Shown: piece by piece, positions 47,659-56,928 of the stretch
Position numbering within the stretch: the first letter of the stretch is position 1
Layout of the letters: every line of letters begins with the position of its first letter
Source: Candidatus Daviesbacteria bacterium
GTDB lineage: Bacteria > Patescibacteriota > Microgenomatia > Daviesbacterales > UBA10151
Reading direction: 5' to 3'
Assembly: GCA_016186955.1 (NCBI GenBank)
Contig: JACPKP010000002.1
Coordinates: forward strand, 5,566-69,565
DNA: 64,000 nt
Made by a program: the position numbers and the translations under genes
The notes under the pieces: generated by a model
Database searches by the model: none
What the model was told of the DNA's origin: nothing
What the model saw: only the letters and a program-made list of their open reading frames with translations

Positions 47659-47771
47659 GTTCTGCCGGTTAGTCTCAAGCTAACCCTAAAGCCACACAGG
47701 CGTGGCTTGATGGGACAGCCTCAAGGCTGACAGACAGTGGCCCCGATGTAAAAGTCGGGGCCTTTTTTTGC
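47659..47771 (+). terminator. ~110-bp structured element plus intrinsic terminator, copy 2
   Basis: Same three hairpins and ggccccgatgtaaaagtcggggcc followed by TTTTTTT. Confidence 0.65.
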
Positions 47772-47787
47772 CCAAAAAATCCCGCCC

Positions 47788-47818
47788 TAAAAAGGGCGGG
47801 ATTTGGATAATTACCTGG
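47788..47818 (-). terminator. Intrinsic terminator for the minus-strand DUF378 gene (bidirectional hairpin)
   Basis: atcccgccctaaaaagggcgggat is a 9-bp GC stem. On the minus strand it is followed by TTTTTTGGG. Confidence 0.5.
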
Positions 47819-47827
47819 AAACTAAAA

Positions 47828-48079
47828 TTATTTTTTAGCGCCGCAGATTTTGCAATCCTGCATGTGTGTAAACCCCAAATATACCGCTGCAACCCCCACC
47901 AGAATATACACCAGTTTTTCCAACCCCAATGAACCAAAAATAGCGCTTACCAAATTAAAATCAAAAAGCCCCATTAAACCCCAATTGAGCGCGCCAACTA
48001 ACACCAGCGTAAATACCACCATATGTAGCATTTTGTTATTCATACTCCTCACCTCCCTCTTGATATACATTGTACTCAT
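47828..48079 (-). CDS. DUF378-family small membrane protein
   Basis: VVFTLVLVGALNWGLMGLFDFNLVSAIFG matches the DUF378 signature (GALNWGLVGLF.FDLVAAIFG). Confidence 0.55.
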   Translation of the reverse strand: MSTMYIKREVRSMNNKMLHMVVFTLVLVGALNWGLMGLFDFNLVSAIFGSLGLEKLVYILVGVAAVYLGFTHMQDCKICGAKK

Positions 48080-48738
48080 ACTTTGATTATTTTTTCTACA
48101 AGCATTGTCAGCCCCAACTTATCCCCTATCAATCCGTTTTTTATTTTAAAATCAGTTTCCAGCGCTTCTTTATACAAAAAGGTAATTTTTTCCAGTCTAA
48201 AATTTTTTTTCTGAAGCTCAATTTTTTTAGCTATAAATGGGGGAAGTTTTTTTACAGGCAAAATTAACCTTCTCAACATATAAAAAATCATTGTCAAAAC
48301 ATACTGCCCACCCCATTCTTCAAGATAATTTTCCAGCTGCCCAAAAGCGCCGCCTTTTTTTTCTGCCAGCATATCCAAAAATGGAAATATATTAGTTTCA
48401 CCCTTTTCTTCAAATAAAATTACCTGGGGTTTGGAAGATGCCGTTGATTTTAAAATTTCACTTGAGGCGGTAAGTTTTTTATTTGACTTTAAGACAACAG
48501 TTAAATTTTCATCCTCGGGTAGCCCGGTTAATTTAAAACCGGGATCAAAACCCTCCAATATCACCAGGCGTTTATCGGAAAAAAGCTGGGGAGTTGCAAT
48601 TGCAGCCAGAACCTGCCCCAATCCCACATCCTTACAATTGAGCTCAGTAATAGATATTTGGTCAAATCCTTTTTTAATAGCGGAAAGTTTATGCGATAGC
48701 GCAGACAAACCACTGCCATGCATGATTATTAAATTCAT
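48076..48738 (-). CDS. holA: DNA polymerase III delta subunit-like protein
   Basis: AAA-lid-like clamp-loader delta architecture; N-region MNLIIMHGSGLSALSHKLSAIKK and C-terminal helical domain. Weak motif match. Confidence 0.4.
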   Translation of the reverse strand: MNLIIMHGSGLSALSHKLSAIKKGFDQISITELNCKDVGLGQVLAAIATPQLFSDKRLVILEGFDPGFKLTGLPEDENLTVVLKSNKKLTASSEILKSTASSKPQVILFEEKGETNIFPFLDMLAEKKGGAFGQLENYLEEWGGQYVLTMIFYMLRRLILPVKKLPPFIAKKIELQKKNFRLEKITFLYKEALETDFKIKNGLIGDKLGLTMLVEKIIKV

Positions 48739-48765
48739 GAAAGAATTATACCAACAATAATCCTG

Positions 48766-49815
48766 TTAGGGAATTTTTGTAACATAAACCATCAGGTAAC
48801 TACTGTCCGAAAGCTGCACTACCGCCGGGTCTTTAAGAACGCCTGTTTCAAAACCTGAGTTATGGTTTATGCTTAAGCGCACACCCTCTTCGGCTACCCA
48901 ATCTTTTCCATCCTTTGAAAAAAAAGATACAATTGTTTTATTGCCAAAACCATACGCCCTATATCCTCCTAACGCAGGAATAAGATTGGCTACTATGTAT
49001 CCCTTCCCATCTTTTATGAATTCCTTGTATTCTTTTTGGGTAAAGGATATTCCATCCTGTGAGACGGCGTACCATCCCTTTTCCGACCCACCTCCTCCGG
49101 CAAAGAGATGCCAACCAGAAGAAGTTTGCAAAATAGAAGGATCAAGTACAGCTTTTCCTGCACCGGAAAACGCTATCCCCATTTTGGTAAAATTGATGCC
49201 GTCTATTCCTTCGGCATAGTAGGTTCGAGGACCCAAACCGTCTTCAGGGTCAGATGTCACATACAACCTAAAAGTACCATCCTCTAATATTTGGACGTCG
49301 GGATCAACTGCAGCAGCCATCCCCCCTTCAAACCCGGTCAAACTAAGTTTTTTAAAAACCCAGCTTTTCCCATTGTCATCAGAAATAGCTACTGCCGATT
49401 TATTTTGCTCATCAGCCACTGTCCAACCGACATAATAAAGATAGATCCTACCGTTTTTGTCAACGGTTAAATCAGGAACATCCCCCTGGTCAGTAATCAC
49501 TTGGTTGGTCCTGGTGAAATTTAACCCGTCTGTTGAAGTGGCCGACATCAGACGCATTGACCAGGGACCGTTTGCGCCCGGCCCCGTAGTTTTACCAACT
49601 GGCGGGGTAAATTCGGCAGCTTTTTGCTTATGTTTTTCACCTCCTTGTTGGTTTACCGCTTCTTGCAAAGATGACGGGTGTTGGATTCGCGGGGTTTCCT
49701 GTTTTTGGGCTATCAAAAACCCCACCGCTCCTGCAGCAAAGAAAGCTACAGTTATAACTGTTACTAAAAATATGGCAAACCCTTTTTGGGTTATAGCCTC
49801 ATTGTTAATACTCAT
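48766..49815 (-). CDS. Membrane-anchored beta-propeller protein (sialidase/GH32-43-like fold)
   Basis: N-terminal TM, repeated DG..W/DGT.RLY blade-like motifs (SDDNGKSWV, LEDGTFRLYVTSD, SQDGISF, SKDGKDWV). Confidence 0.45.
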   Translation of the reverse strand: MSINNEAITQKGFAIFLVTVITVAFFAAGAVGFLIAQKQETPRIQHPSSLQEAVNQQGGEKHKQKAAEFTPPVGKTTGPGANGPWSMRLMSATSTDGLNFTRTNQVITDQGDVPDLTVDKNGRIYLYYVGWTVADEQNKSAVAISDDNGKSWVFKKLSLTGFEGGMAAAVDPDVQILEDGTFRLYVTSDPEDGLGPRTYYAEGIDGINFTKMGIAFSGAGKAVLDPSILQTSSGWHLFAGGGGSEKGWYAVSQDGISFTQKEYKEFIKDGKGYIVANLIPALGGYRAYGFGNKTIVSFFSKDGKDWVAEEGVRLSINHNSGFETGVLKDPAVVQLSDSSYLMVYVTKIP

Positions 49816-50183
49816 TTGACAGGAGGCGGAGTTCCAACCGACGGATTTTCTTGACCTTCCCGCCTGGGTGCAGGACTACCCGACCCTATGCCTGATGCAT
49901 TGGGGCCTTGGTTAGATCCTTTCGGAGGCCCCAGGTTTTCCCTTGGTTGTCGGTCATCAGTTGTACCTTCTTTAGATTGTATCCCAAAAGGAGATTGGTT
50001 TTGCCCTTTGGGAATTGTTACCCTGCCTAAGTAAAACCCGACTCCCCCGGCAACAATAAGCCCAATCATAACCCAAGTCACTATTAATGCTTTGGCTGCT
50101 GTTGACAAATTATCCACCTCCTCTACTATTAAAAAGTCGCATAATATATGCCTTTGGTATGCTGGCCGTAGTACATAAACCAC
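49812..50183 (-). CDS. Small membrane protein with a Pro/Gly-rich tail
   Basis: Hydrophobic helix VTWVMIGLIVAGGVGFYLG, then a low-complexity tail. The true start may be internal. Confidence 0.25.
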   Translation of the reverse strand: MVYVLRPAYQRHILCDFLIVEEVDNLSTAAKALIVTWVMIGLIVAGGVGFYLGRVTIPKGQNQSPFGIQSKEGTTDDRQPRENLGPPKGSNQGPNASGIGSGSPAPRREGQENPSVGTPPPVK

Positions 50184-51070
50184 TTGCCGTTTATTTTCAT
50201 AATTGTCGGATCACCGGGGGGATTGGGAGAAAATTTAGCCATTGGATCCTCCTTATCTGTTGTAAAGTCAAAAATCGGCTGGGAAAAAATCCCATCTTTG
50301 TAAACAACATGGAAAACACCGGCATAACTCCAAATGTAAACCCTTAATTCTCCATTGTCCCATTTAACCCATTCGGCGCCATCGACAGCTCCAAGCAGCG
50401 TTTCATTTCTTGAATCAATAGCCAACCCTTTCTTTTCAAAAGTTAACCCGTCTTTTGAAGTCGCCCAAAAATAAATGCCGGTTGTTTGGTTCGGAACCTT
50501 GTCTGCGGTTTTAAAAACTTCATTGATGACGCCTCGGTAAAGCATAATGAAAATACCATCATCCAACCTGTATGTCCCCTGGGCGCCTATATTATCTAAT
50601 GTAAACCCCAGTTCGCTATTCGTAACCCTCACGCCCGGCTCATCCGTCCAAGTTAAGCCGTCTTTGGAAACAGCGCTTTTTATAATTCCTGCATTTTGGA
50701 AATACATCCTCCATGTACCGTCAGCCAGCTTAACTACATCAGGAAAAGTCACCATTTCTTTGCGGATTCCTCCTTCCTTTGTCCAATTAATACCGTTTGT
50801 TGAAGTTGAGGAATAAATTTCTAAATTATTTCCGGGAACTTCCGGTTCAACGGAATAATACATCCTGTATTTATCATCACCGATGTCAACCACTTCCGCA
50901 TCGGCATATCCCCCCGCAATTGCCACTCCACCTTCTTTCCACCCAGACTTCTTATCTTGTACAGTTTCCACTTTTTCTGTTTGGGGCGAAGATTTTGGCA
51001 CTACGGATTGTTTTAGAAAACCTAAGAGCAAAAAGGCAGTAACAATTGCAATAACTACAATTATTATCAC
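50129..51070 (-). CDS. Membrane-anchored beta-propeller protein, paralogue of 48766-49815
   Basis: Same architecture and blade motifs (STNGINWTKEGG, LADGTWRMYF, SKDGLTWTDE, SKDGLTFEKKG). Confidence 0.45.
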   Translation of the reverse strand: MIIIVVIAIVTAFLLLGFLKQSVVPKSSPQTEKVETVQDKKSGWKEGGVAIAGGYADAEVVDIGDDKYRMYYSVEPEVPGNNLEIYSSTSTNGINWTKEGGIRKEMVTFPDVVKLADGTWRMYFQNAGIIKSAVSKDGLTWTDEPGVRVTNSELGFTLDNIGAQGTYRLDDGIFIMLYRGVINEVFKTADKVPNQTTGIYFWATSKDGLTFEKKGLAIDSRNETLLGAVDGAEWVKWDNGELRVYIWSYAGVFHVVYKDGIFSQPIFDFTTDKEDPMAKFSPNPPGDPTIMKINGKWFMYYGQHTKGIYYATF

Positions 51071-51180
51071 CAGTGGGGCAGACCCCTTCGACTCGTTCCA
51101 AACCCTTCGGGCAGGACTTTTTTCTATTACTTTTTAAGTATAGCAAATAATATTAGATGTCTATATCCTATGAACGAAGA

Positions 51181-52347
51181 CTATTTCTCAAGCTCCCCTT
51201 TGATAAACTCTTTAATAATTGAAAAATCATTACCAGGCGGTATTAAAACGTATGCTCCTCCATAATCGGCAGCAGGAGGATTGATTAATATTGATTTTCC
51301 AGTCCCCAAATCCCCTAACACTAAACTTTTAACCCCATCAACATCTTTGACCAACTTATAAAAATCCAGAAACCTTTCCAGCGGAATATCTGTCTCAAAG
51401 CTCTTCCCGAAAGTTTTAATAAGTTCGCTTATTTTTTGCGGATTAGTCAATGTTTGTATTGACAAAACCTTATCCCTAAAAGACTGCAGGACCAGTTGCT
51501 GCCTGCGGGAACGGGCAAAATCAGACCCTTCACTGTTTGTCCCCATCCTTGAACGCACAAATTTTAAAGCCTCTGCACCGTCCATATGTTGGATACCCTG
51601 CTCAAAATGGATGTGTTCAAAACGGCATCCAAAATCAGCAGCGCTGGTTGCAATTTTTTCCTGTAAGTCCACCAAGACTTTGTTTTTGCCTGGTTTTAAA
51701 TTCAGGGACGGGGCATTTAAATCCTGTATCTGGCCTGCAGAAAGTTCAACGTCTTTTTCTACCAACCCGCAAAGTTCGTCTTCTTTGCCTTCAATAGGGT
51801 AGTTGAAGTCATCAAAAGTTTTAGGGATTTTAACATCGATACCTTCCACAAGGTCAATGGCCCTGGCAAAGCCACTAAAATCAAGCCTCACCCCGTAATG
51901 GATGGGAACACCTAATATGTCATCAATCTTATCTTCGGCAAACTTCAAACCATTACCCTCGTTTTTAGGGCTAAGGCCTATTTCATAAGCGGCATTGACT
52001 TTAGCGGATATTGAAGAAAGCCATAAATCCCTTGGCACGGATATTAAAATTACCTGGTGGGTTTTAAGGTGATAGGACGCTATGATCATAGAATCTGTCA
52101 ACTGTGCGCCTGCATGGGTTCCGCCTGCAATACCAAGCAATAAAACATTAACCCGATCATTGGTGGATTTGAGGCCGCTGTTTGAAAAAACAAACTGAAA
52201 GACTGAAGATGTTGAGGTTAAAATAGACCAAACAACAACACAGCCAATTATTATTGAAACCGCAACCAGGAGTTTTTCAAATTTTTTTGCAAAAAAACCA
52301 CTGGTCTGGGTTTGTTGTAGTTTTAGTTTTTTTAGTTTAAAATCCAC
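51181..52347 (-). CDS. LytR-CpsA-Psr (LCP) family cell-wall polymer transferase
   Basis: VNVLLLGIAGG...DSMIIASYHLKTHQVILISVPRDLWL is the LCP core motif, with an N-terminal TM. Confidence 0.75.
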   Translation of the reverse strand: MDFKLKKLKLQQTQTSGFFAKKFEKLLVAVSIIIGCVVVWSILTSTSSVFQFVFSNSGLKSTNDRVNVLLLGIAGGTHAGAQLTDSMIIASYHLKTHQVILISVPRDLWLSSISAKVNAAYEIGLSPKNEGNGLKFAEDKIDDILGVPIHYGVRLDFSGFARAIDLVEGIDVKIPKTFDDFNYPIEGKEDELCGLVEKDVELSAGQIQDLNAPSLNLKPGKNKVLVDLQEKIATSAADFGCRFEHIHFEQGIQHMDGAEALKFVRSRMGTNSEGSDFARSRRQQLVLQSFRDKVLSIQTLTNPQKISELIKTFGKSFETDIPLERFLDFYKLVKDVDGVKSLVLGDLGTGKSILINPPAADYGGAYVLIPPGNDFSIIKEFIKGELEK

Positions 52348-53008
52348 TGCACTCCTTGATAATTTTTAGGAATTCCTGAGGGTCCAGAGAAGATTTTCCA
52401 ATCAGCAGCCCGCTGATATTCTCCTGGTTTACAAAATCTTTGCAGTTTGCGCTGGTAGCGCTCCCGCCGTATAAAACTTCCAAGTCTTGACCATACTTGT
52501 CTTTCAAGGCCTTGGCAATTAGGTTAGCATTTTCAGGTGTATCAGGATTACCTGTGCCTATGGCAAAAACAGGCTCATAGGCTGCTAGTTTACATTTACC
52601 AGGTATAGGCACATCCGATCCCTGGACACAAACCAAGGGTATGATATCATGCGCTATGGCTTCATCCACTTTTTTTGCAACCATCTCATCCGTTTCATGA
52701 AAATTTTGTCTTCTTTCCGAGTGGCCTAAGATAGCCAAATCCACAAATTGCTTTAATATTGAGGCTGCCTCCTCACCTGTATAAGCGCCTTCCTCAAAAG
52801 GTGACAGGTCCTGGGATCCCACGAGCATTTGATAATTTCCCACCTTAATTTTTTTTGCCACCTCTTCCAGGGAACTAAATGTGGGACAAACCACGACTTT
52901 CAAGTTTTCCCCCTTTACCAACTTAGGCCCCACCTGCTCCACCCATTCCAAAACCTCCATCAAATTCTTATTGGATTTGAAATTAGCAATAATCCACAAA
53001 TGCTTCAT
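52337..53008 (-). CDS. tpiA: Triosephosphate isomerase
   Basis: ANFK, GHSERR, AYEPVFAIGTG and YGGS motifs. Confidence 0.9.
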   Translation of the reverse strand: MKHLWIIANFKSNKNLMEVLEWVEQVGPKLVKGENLKVVVCPTFSSLEEVAKKIKVGNYQMLVGSQDLSPFEEGAYTGEEAASILKQFVDLAILGHSERRQNFHETDEMVAKKVDEAIAHDIIPLVCVQGSDVPIPGKCKLAAYEPVFAIGTGNPDTPENANLIAKALKDKYGQDLEVLYGGSATSANCKDFVNQENISGLLIGKSSLDPQEFLKIIKECSGF

Positions 53009-53209
53009 AATTTTAAATTTAAAATTTTTAATTTGAACTGAAATTTAAATTTTTAAAATTAAACAAATGAAAATTCATTGAAAATTGAGAATTCGAAGTT
53101 CATTTATGAACTTCTCCAATCCATCCATACTTTTTCAAGTCTATCAGAATAAGTAGTCACCTTGCCATAAGGAATTTTTTTACAATCTGAATAATCTTTT
53201 GTTTAAAGT

Positions 53210-53467
53210 TCAGCTGGTGAGCAGCTTAATTAGTTCTGCTTTAGGAGTAACTCCAATTTTTCTTGCTATCTCCTTGCCGTCTTTTTCTATGATATATGTC
53301 GGTATACTCATCACCCCATACTGTGAGGCTTTTTGGGGATTTTCATCAACATTGATTTTTTCCACCTCAATCTTATCCCCCAATTCCTTTTCAATCTCCT
53401 CAATAACAGGGTTCATTATTTTACATGGCCCGCACCAAGGAGCCCAAAAATCTAAAAGCTTAACCAT
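53210..53467 (-). CDS. trxA: Thioredoxin
   Basis: WAPWCGPCK active site. 85 aa. Confidence 0.85.
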   Translation of the reverse strand: MVKLLDFWAPWCGPCKIMNPVIEEIEKELGDKIEVEKINVDENPQKASQYGVMSIPTYIIEKDGKEIARKIGVTPKAELIKLLTS

Positions 53468-53549
53468 ATTGGATAAAGATCATAACATGAAAAAAGAGAA
53501 CTGGAAAGTGGCATTTAATGAAACAGGCCCTTGCTTAGTAATGTTCTTT

Positions 53550-53912
53550 CTAAATCTGAATGTCTGGAAAGGAGTTTTTGATAAATGCTTTTATCTCTTT
53601 CAGATAACCTCCATGTCGTCTATCTATTTCTTGTCCATCCTCCATAGTGATGAACGTGGGTACACCTATAATATCAAACTGCTGCTTGATTGACTCAACA
53701 AAATGATGATTATTATCAGGATCTATATTAATCTCTTCATAAATTATTCCATTTGGTTCTAAAACCTCTTGTTTAAGTTTTTCAATAATGGGCTTCATCC
53801 CTGTACATGGTCCGCACCAATCTGCATAAAAATCTAACAGTTTTCTCTCCATAAAATTATAGCTCTCTAATACGTAATCTTGCTTCCGTGATATTTTCTT
53901 CTGCCTGTTCAA
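53550..53912 (-). CDS. Thioredoxin-like protein
   Basis: WCGPC active site. 120 aa. Confidence 0.7.
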   Translation of the reverse strand: MNRQKKISRKQDYVLESYNFMERKLLDFYADWCGPCTGMKPIIEKLKQEVLEPNGIIYEEINIDPDNNHHFVESIKQQFDIIGVPTFITMEDGQEIDRRHGGYLKEIKAFIKNSFPDIQI

Positions 53913-54046
53913 ACCGCTTTACCAATTCAGGGAGTCTATTTAACATAATTTTTTTGAATTTTCTTAAATCTTCCAACTCTTGCCTCTCTTTTCCATCCAG
54001 TGGTTCTGTTTCTAACATTAGGTATAAAGATATACCATTTTTTGTG

Positions 54047-54075
54047 CTTTGTCAAACATACAGTGTGGTGTTATA
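54047..54075 (+). promoter_or_regulatory. Sigma70-like promoter (TTGTCA-17-TATAAT) upstream of uvrD
   Basis: TTGTCA at 54047-54052, TATAAT at 54070-54075, ATG at 54114. Confidence 0.35.
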
Positions 54076-54113
54076 ATTTTTCTTCGATCGAAGCGGAGCA
54101 GTACATTGTTTAT

Positions 54114-56162
54114 ATGCCCAATTTACTTGATGATTTAAACCCTATCCAACAGAAAGCAGTCCAAACCACAGAGGGTCCGACCCTAATCCTGGCTGGAGCA
54201 GGTTCAGGAAAAACGCGGGTTTTAACTTATAAAGTGGCTTTTCTAATCTCCGAGAAAAAAATCCAACCGGAAAATATTTTAGTTGTGACTTTCACCAACA
54301 AAGCCAGCGGCGAAATGAAAAATCGCATCCTCAATTTGCTCTCCAACAACCAACAACCAGTAACCAGTAACCAACCTGTGATGGGTACATTCCATTCCAT
54401 CTGCGCCAAAATCCTGCGCCGCGAAGGCCACAATATCGGCCTTAGTATTTCCTTTACAATCTACGATGAAAACGACGCCATGGATGCGGTAAAACTTGCC
54501 ATGGGTAATTTAAACATAGCCACCAAACAGGTAAATCCGGGCGCTGTCAGACATACAATTTCCGGCGCCAAAAATGAACTGGTTTCCGAACTTGAATATC
54601 CCCAATATGCCCGCGGTTTTTTCCAGGAAACTGCCGCTAAAATTTATCTGGAATATCAAAAAATCTTAAGGGAAAACCAGGCATTGGATTTTGATGATCT
54701 ACTCATGAAAACTATCCAGCTTTTTCAGACCGTTCCAATAGTCCTCACCCGTTACCAAAACCAATTTAAATATGTTTTGGTTGATGAATACCAAGACACC
54801 AACGCTGCCCAATACCAGTTAATTAAACTCCTGGTTCAAAGATACAGGAATATATGTGTAGTTGGTGATGCTTCCCAGGCAATTTATGGTTTCAGGGGAG
54901 CAGATTTTCGCAACATTGTTAATTTCCAAAAAGACTATCCGGAAACTAAAGTGTTTAACCTGGAGCAAAATTACCGTTCAACCCAAATTATTTTGGATGT
55001 AGCCCAGGCCGTAATTTCTGAAAATAAACTTCACCCAATTCTAAAACTTTGGACAGAAAAAAAAGTGGGTCCCAAAATTGCCGTCTATCAGGCTAGATCT
55101 GAAGTGGATGAGGCTGTCTTTATTTTAGATGAGATCAGGAAGTTTGCGAGGGGTGGCGGAGGACGGGGAGCCCCATCAACCGCCCGCATCCTGAGTGACC
55201 GAAGGGAGTCGAATGAGAGGACGTCGGATGGGGCTGTCCTCCGACAGGACCCCGAGCAAAATACATTAACCCTTGCTGATTTTGCAATTTTGTACAGAAC
55301 CAATGCCCAATCCCGGGCAATTGAAGAAGTTTTCCTGAAGGCTGGCGTACCTTATAGACTGGTTGGTGGCGTCCAGTTTTATGAGAGAAGAGAGATCAAA
55401 GATGTTTTGGCTTATCTTAGATTAGCAGCAAATCCCAAGGACTCTGTTGCCAAAAAAAGGATCGAAAAATTAGGCAAAGGCCGCGCCCAAAAATTTTATG
55501 AACTGGCAGACGTCATTGCGAGCGGAGCGAAGCAATTTCAAAAAAACGAGATTGCCACGTCCTCCGATGTCCATCGGAGTCCTCGCAATGACGGATACCA
55601 CACTTTACAGCTCATGGACTTAATCCTAGAAAAAACAGGCTATTTAGAATATCTTGATGACGGGACAGAACAGGGCAGGTCCAGAATTGAAAATGTTAAA
55701 GAACTCCGTTCTGTGGCGGAACAATTTCCCAATTTAGTACAGTTTTTAGAAAATGTAGCTTTAGTACAGGATAATTACCATCCAGACCAACAATCAACAA
55801 CCAACACCCAACTACCAACTGACGCAGTGACTTTAATGACCTTACATGCCTCCAAAGGTCTGGAATTCCCCACAGTTTTTATTGTTGGCATGGAGGAAGG
55901 TTTATTCCCTCATTCCAGATCTATGCTAAACTCCAATGAAATGGAAGAGGAAAGAAGGCTGGCTTATGTGGGAATTACCAGGGCAAAACAACAACTTTAC
56001 CTAACCTATACCAGGACCAGGCTTTATTTTGGCACCAGGTCTAATAATTTAGTTTCCAGATTTTTAGGTTCGATTCCTGAAAATTTACTGGATCAAAAAT
56101 TTTCTTCAAAACTTATTGACCCCGATCTAATCGGGGTTGACGAAGATGATTGGCTTAATTAA
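54114..56162 (+). CDS. uvrD: ATP-dependent DNA helicase UvrD/PcrA carrying two in-frame palindromic-element insertions
   Basis: Walker A AGAGSGKTRVLT, motif TFTNKA, QDTN and LEQNYRS. The preferred start is MPNLLDDLNPIQ. Inserts are GGGGRGAPSTARILSDRRESNERTSDGAVLRQDPEQ and DVIASGAKQFQKNEIATSSDVHRSPRNDG. Confidence 0.9.
   Translation: MPNLLDDLNPIQQKAVQTTEGPTLILAGAGSGKTRVLTYKVAFLISEKKIQPENILVVTFTNKASGEMKNRILNLLSNNQQPVTSNQPVMGTFHSICAKILRREGHNIGLSISFTIYDENDAMDAVKLAMGNLNIATKQVNPGAVRHTISGAKNELVSELEYPQYARGFFQETAAKIYLEYQKILRENQALDFDDLLMKTIQLFQTVPIVLTRYQNQFKYVLVDEYQDTNAAQYQLIKLLVQRYRNICVVGDASQAIYGFRGADFRNIVNFQKDYPETKVFNLEQNYRSTQIILDVAQAVISENKLHPILKLWTEKKVGPKIAVYQARSEVDEAVFILDEIRKFARGGGGRGAPSTARILSDRRESNERTSDGAVLRQDPEQNTLTLADFAILYRTNAQSRAIEEVFLKAGVPYRLVGGVQFYERREIKDVLAYLRLAANPKDSVAKKRIEKLGKGRAQKFYELADVIASGAKQFQKNEIATSSDVHRSPRNDGYHTLQLMDLILEKTGYLEYLDDGTEQGRSRIENVKELRSVAEQFPNLVQFLENVALVQDNYHPDQQSTTNTQLPTDAVTLMTLHASKGLEFPTVFIVGMEEGLFPHSRSMLNSNEMEEERRLAYVGITRAKQQLYLTYTRTRLYFGTRSNNLVSRFLGSIPENLLDQKFSSKLIDPDLIGVDEDDWLN
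55141..55245. repeat. GC-rich palindromic element inserted in-frame in uvrD (copy A)
   Basis: Inverted repeats catcctgagtgac / gtcctccgacaggac and tcggatg...cctccga. GC-rich against AT-rich flanking codons. Confidence 0.55.
55510..55593. repeat. GTCATTGCGAGCG-family palindromic element inserted in-frame in uvrD (copy B)
   Basis: cgtcattgcgagcggagcgaagcaatttc...gagattgccacgtcctccgatgtccatcggagtcctcgcaatgacg has perfect outer 12-bp inverted termini and nested inner palindromes. Confidence 0.65.
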
Positions 56163-56178
56163 TATTAGCTAAAAATCA

Positions 56179-56928
56179 ATGGATCAACTACTGGGAGCCG
56201 TATTGGTTTTTATCTCCACACTAACAGGCCAGCGTATCCTGGGGGTTGCAACTCAAGATCTAGAACCTTTTGTCCAAGAAGTTCTGGAGATCTCCCAACC
56301 GATTAAAACAGAGTCCCGGTTTGAAGAAAAACTCTCCACCCAATCTGCCACTATTTCCAAAAAAACTGTTTATAAGGATGACCCGGAAACTGAAGCCGGA
56401 ATAGATACTGTGCTGGATGAAGGAGCAAATGGCAAAAAAATTATTACCTACAAAATAACCTACTACCATGCCAACACCTCGGATGGTGGCACTGAGCGTA
56501 GCCGAAGTGACTCCTCCGAGGTGAAACAGAAAAAAGAAGAATATTCCCGCGAGCTTGTCTCTATCCAAACTATTGACCCTCAAGACAAAATCATCTCAAG
56601 AGGCACTAAAATTGTCTGGCATACCTTAGACACCCCTGAAGGCCCAATACAATACTGGAAAAAAATGCGGGTTTACGCCACTCATTATGATTCCAGGTGT
56701 CCGGGGTGTAATGAGTGGACAGCTATCGGCATGAGAGCTGGCAAAGGTGTGATAGCTGTTGATCCAGCTGTAATCAAAATGAAATCCAAAGTTTACATAC
56801 CGGGATATGGTCAAGCAATAGCCGGAGATACTGGAGGAGCCATCAAAGGAAACATTATTGATCTAGGCTTCGACGACGCCCGCACCGCGGGTTGGACCGC
56901 CCATTTTATAGATATTTACCTACTCTAA
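56179..56928 (+). CDS. G5-like plus 3D-domain protein (peptidoglycan-associated)
   Basis: C-terminal VIAVDPAVIKMKSKVYIPGYGQAIAGDTGGAIKGNIIDL is a 3D-domain signature. Upstream KKIITYKITY is G5-like. Confidence 0.6.
   Translation: MDQLLGAVLVFISTLTGQRILGVATQDLEPFVQEVLEISQPIKTESRFEEKLSTQSATISKKTVYKDDPETEAGIDTVLDEGANGKKIITYKITYYHANTSDGGTERSRSDSSEVKQKKEEYSRELVSIQTIDPQDKIISRGTKIVWHTLDTPEGPIQYWKKMRVYATHYDSRCPGCNEWTAIGMRAGKGVIAVDPAVIKMKSKVYIPGYGQAIAGDTGGAIKGNIIDLGFDDARTAGWTAHFIDIYLL

Noticed and set aside
53009-53209. AT-rich region with aatttaaattttt-type repeats and a 9-bp perfect hairpin (gaagttcat/atgaacttc) between tpiA and trxA
   Set aside because: It probably holds just the trxA terminator and tpiA promoter in AT-rich spacer. 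There is no evidence of a distinct element. It is described here only.
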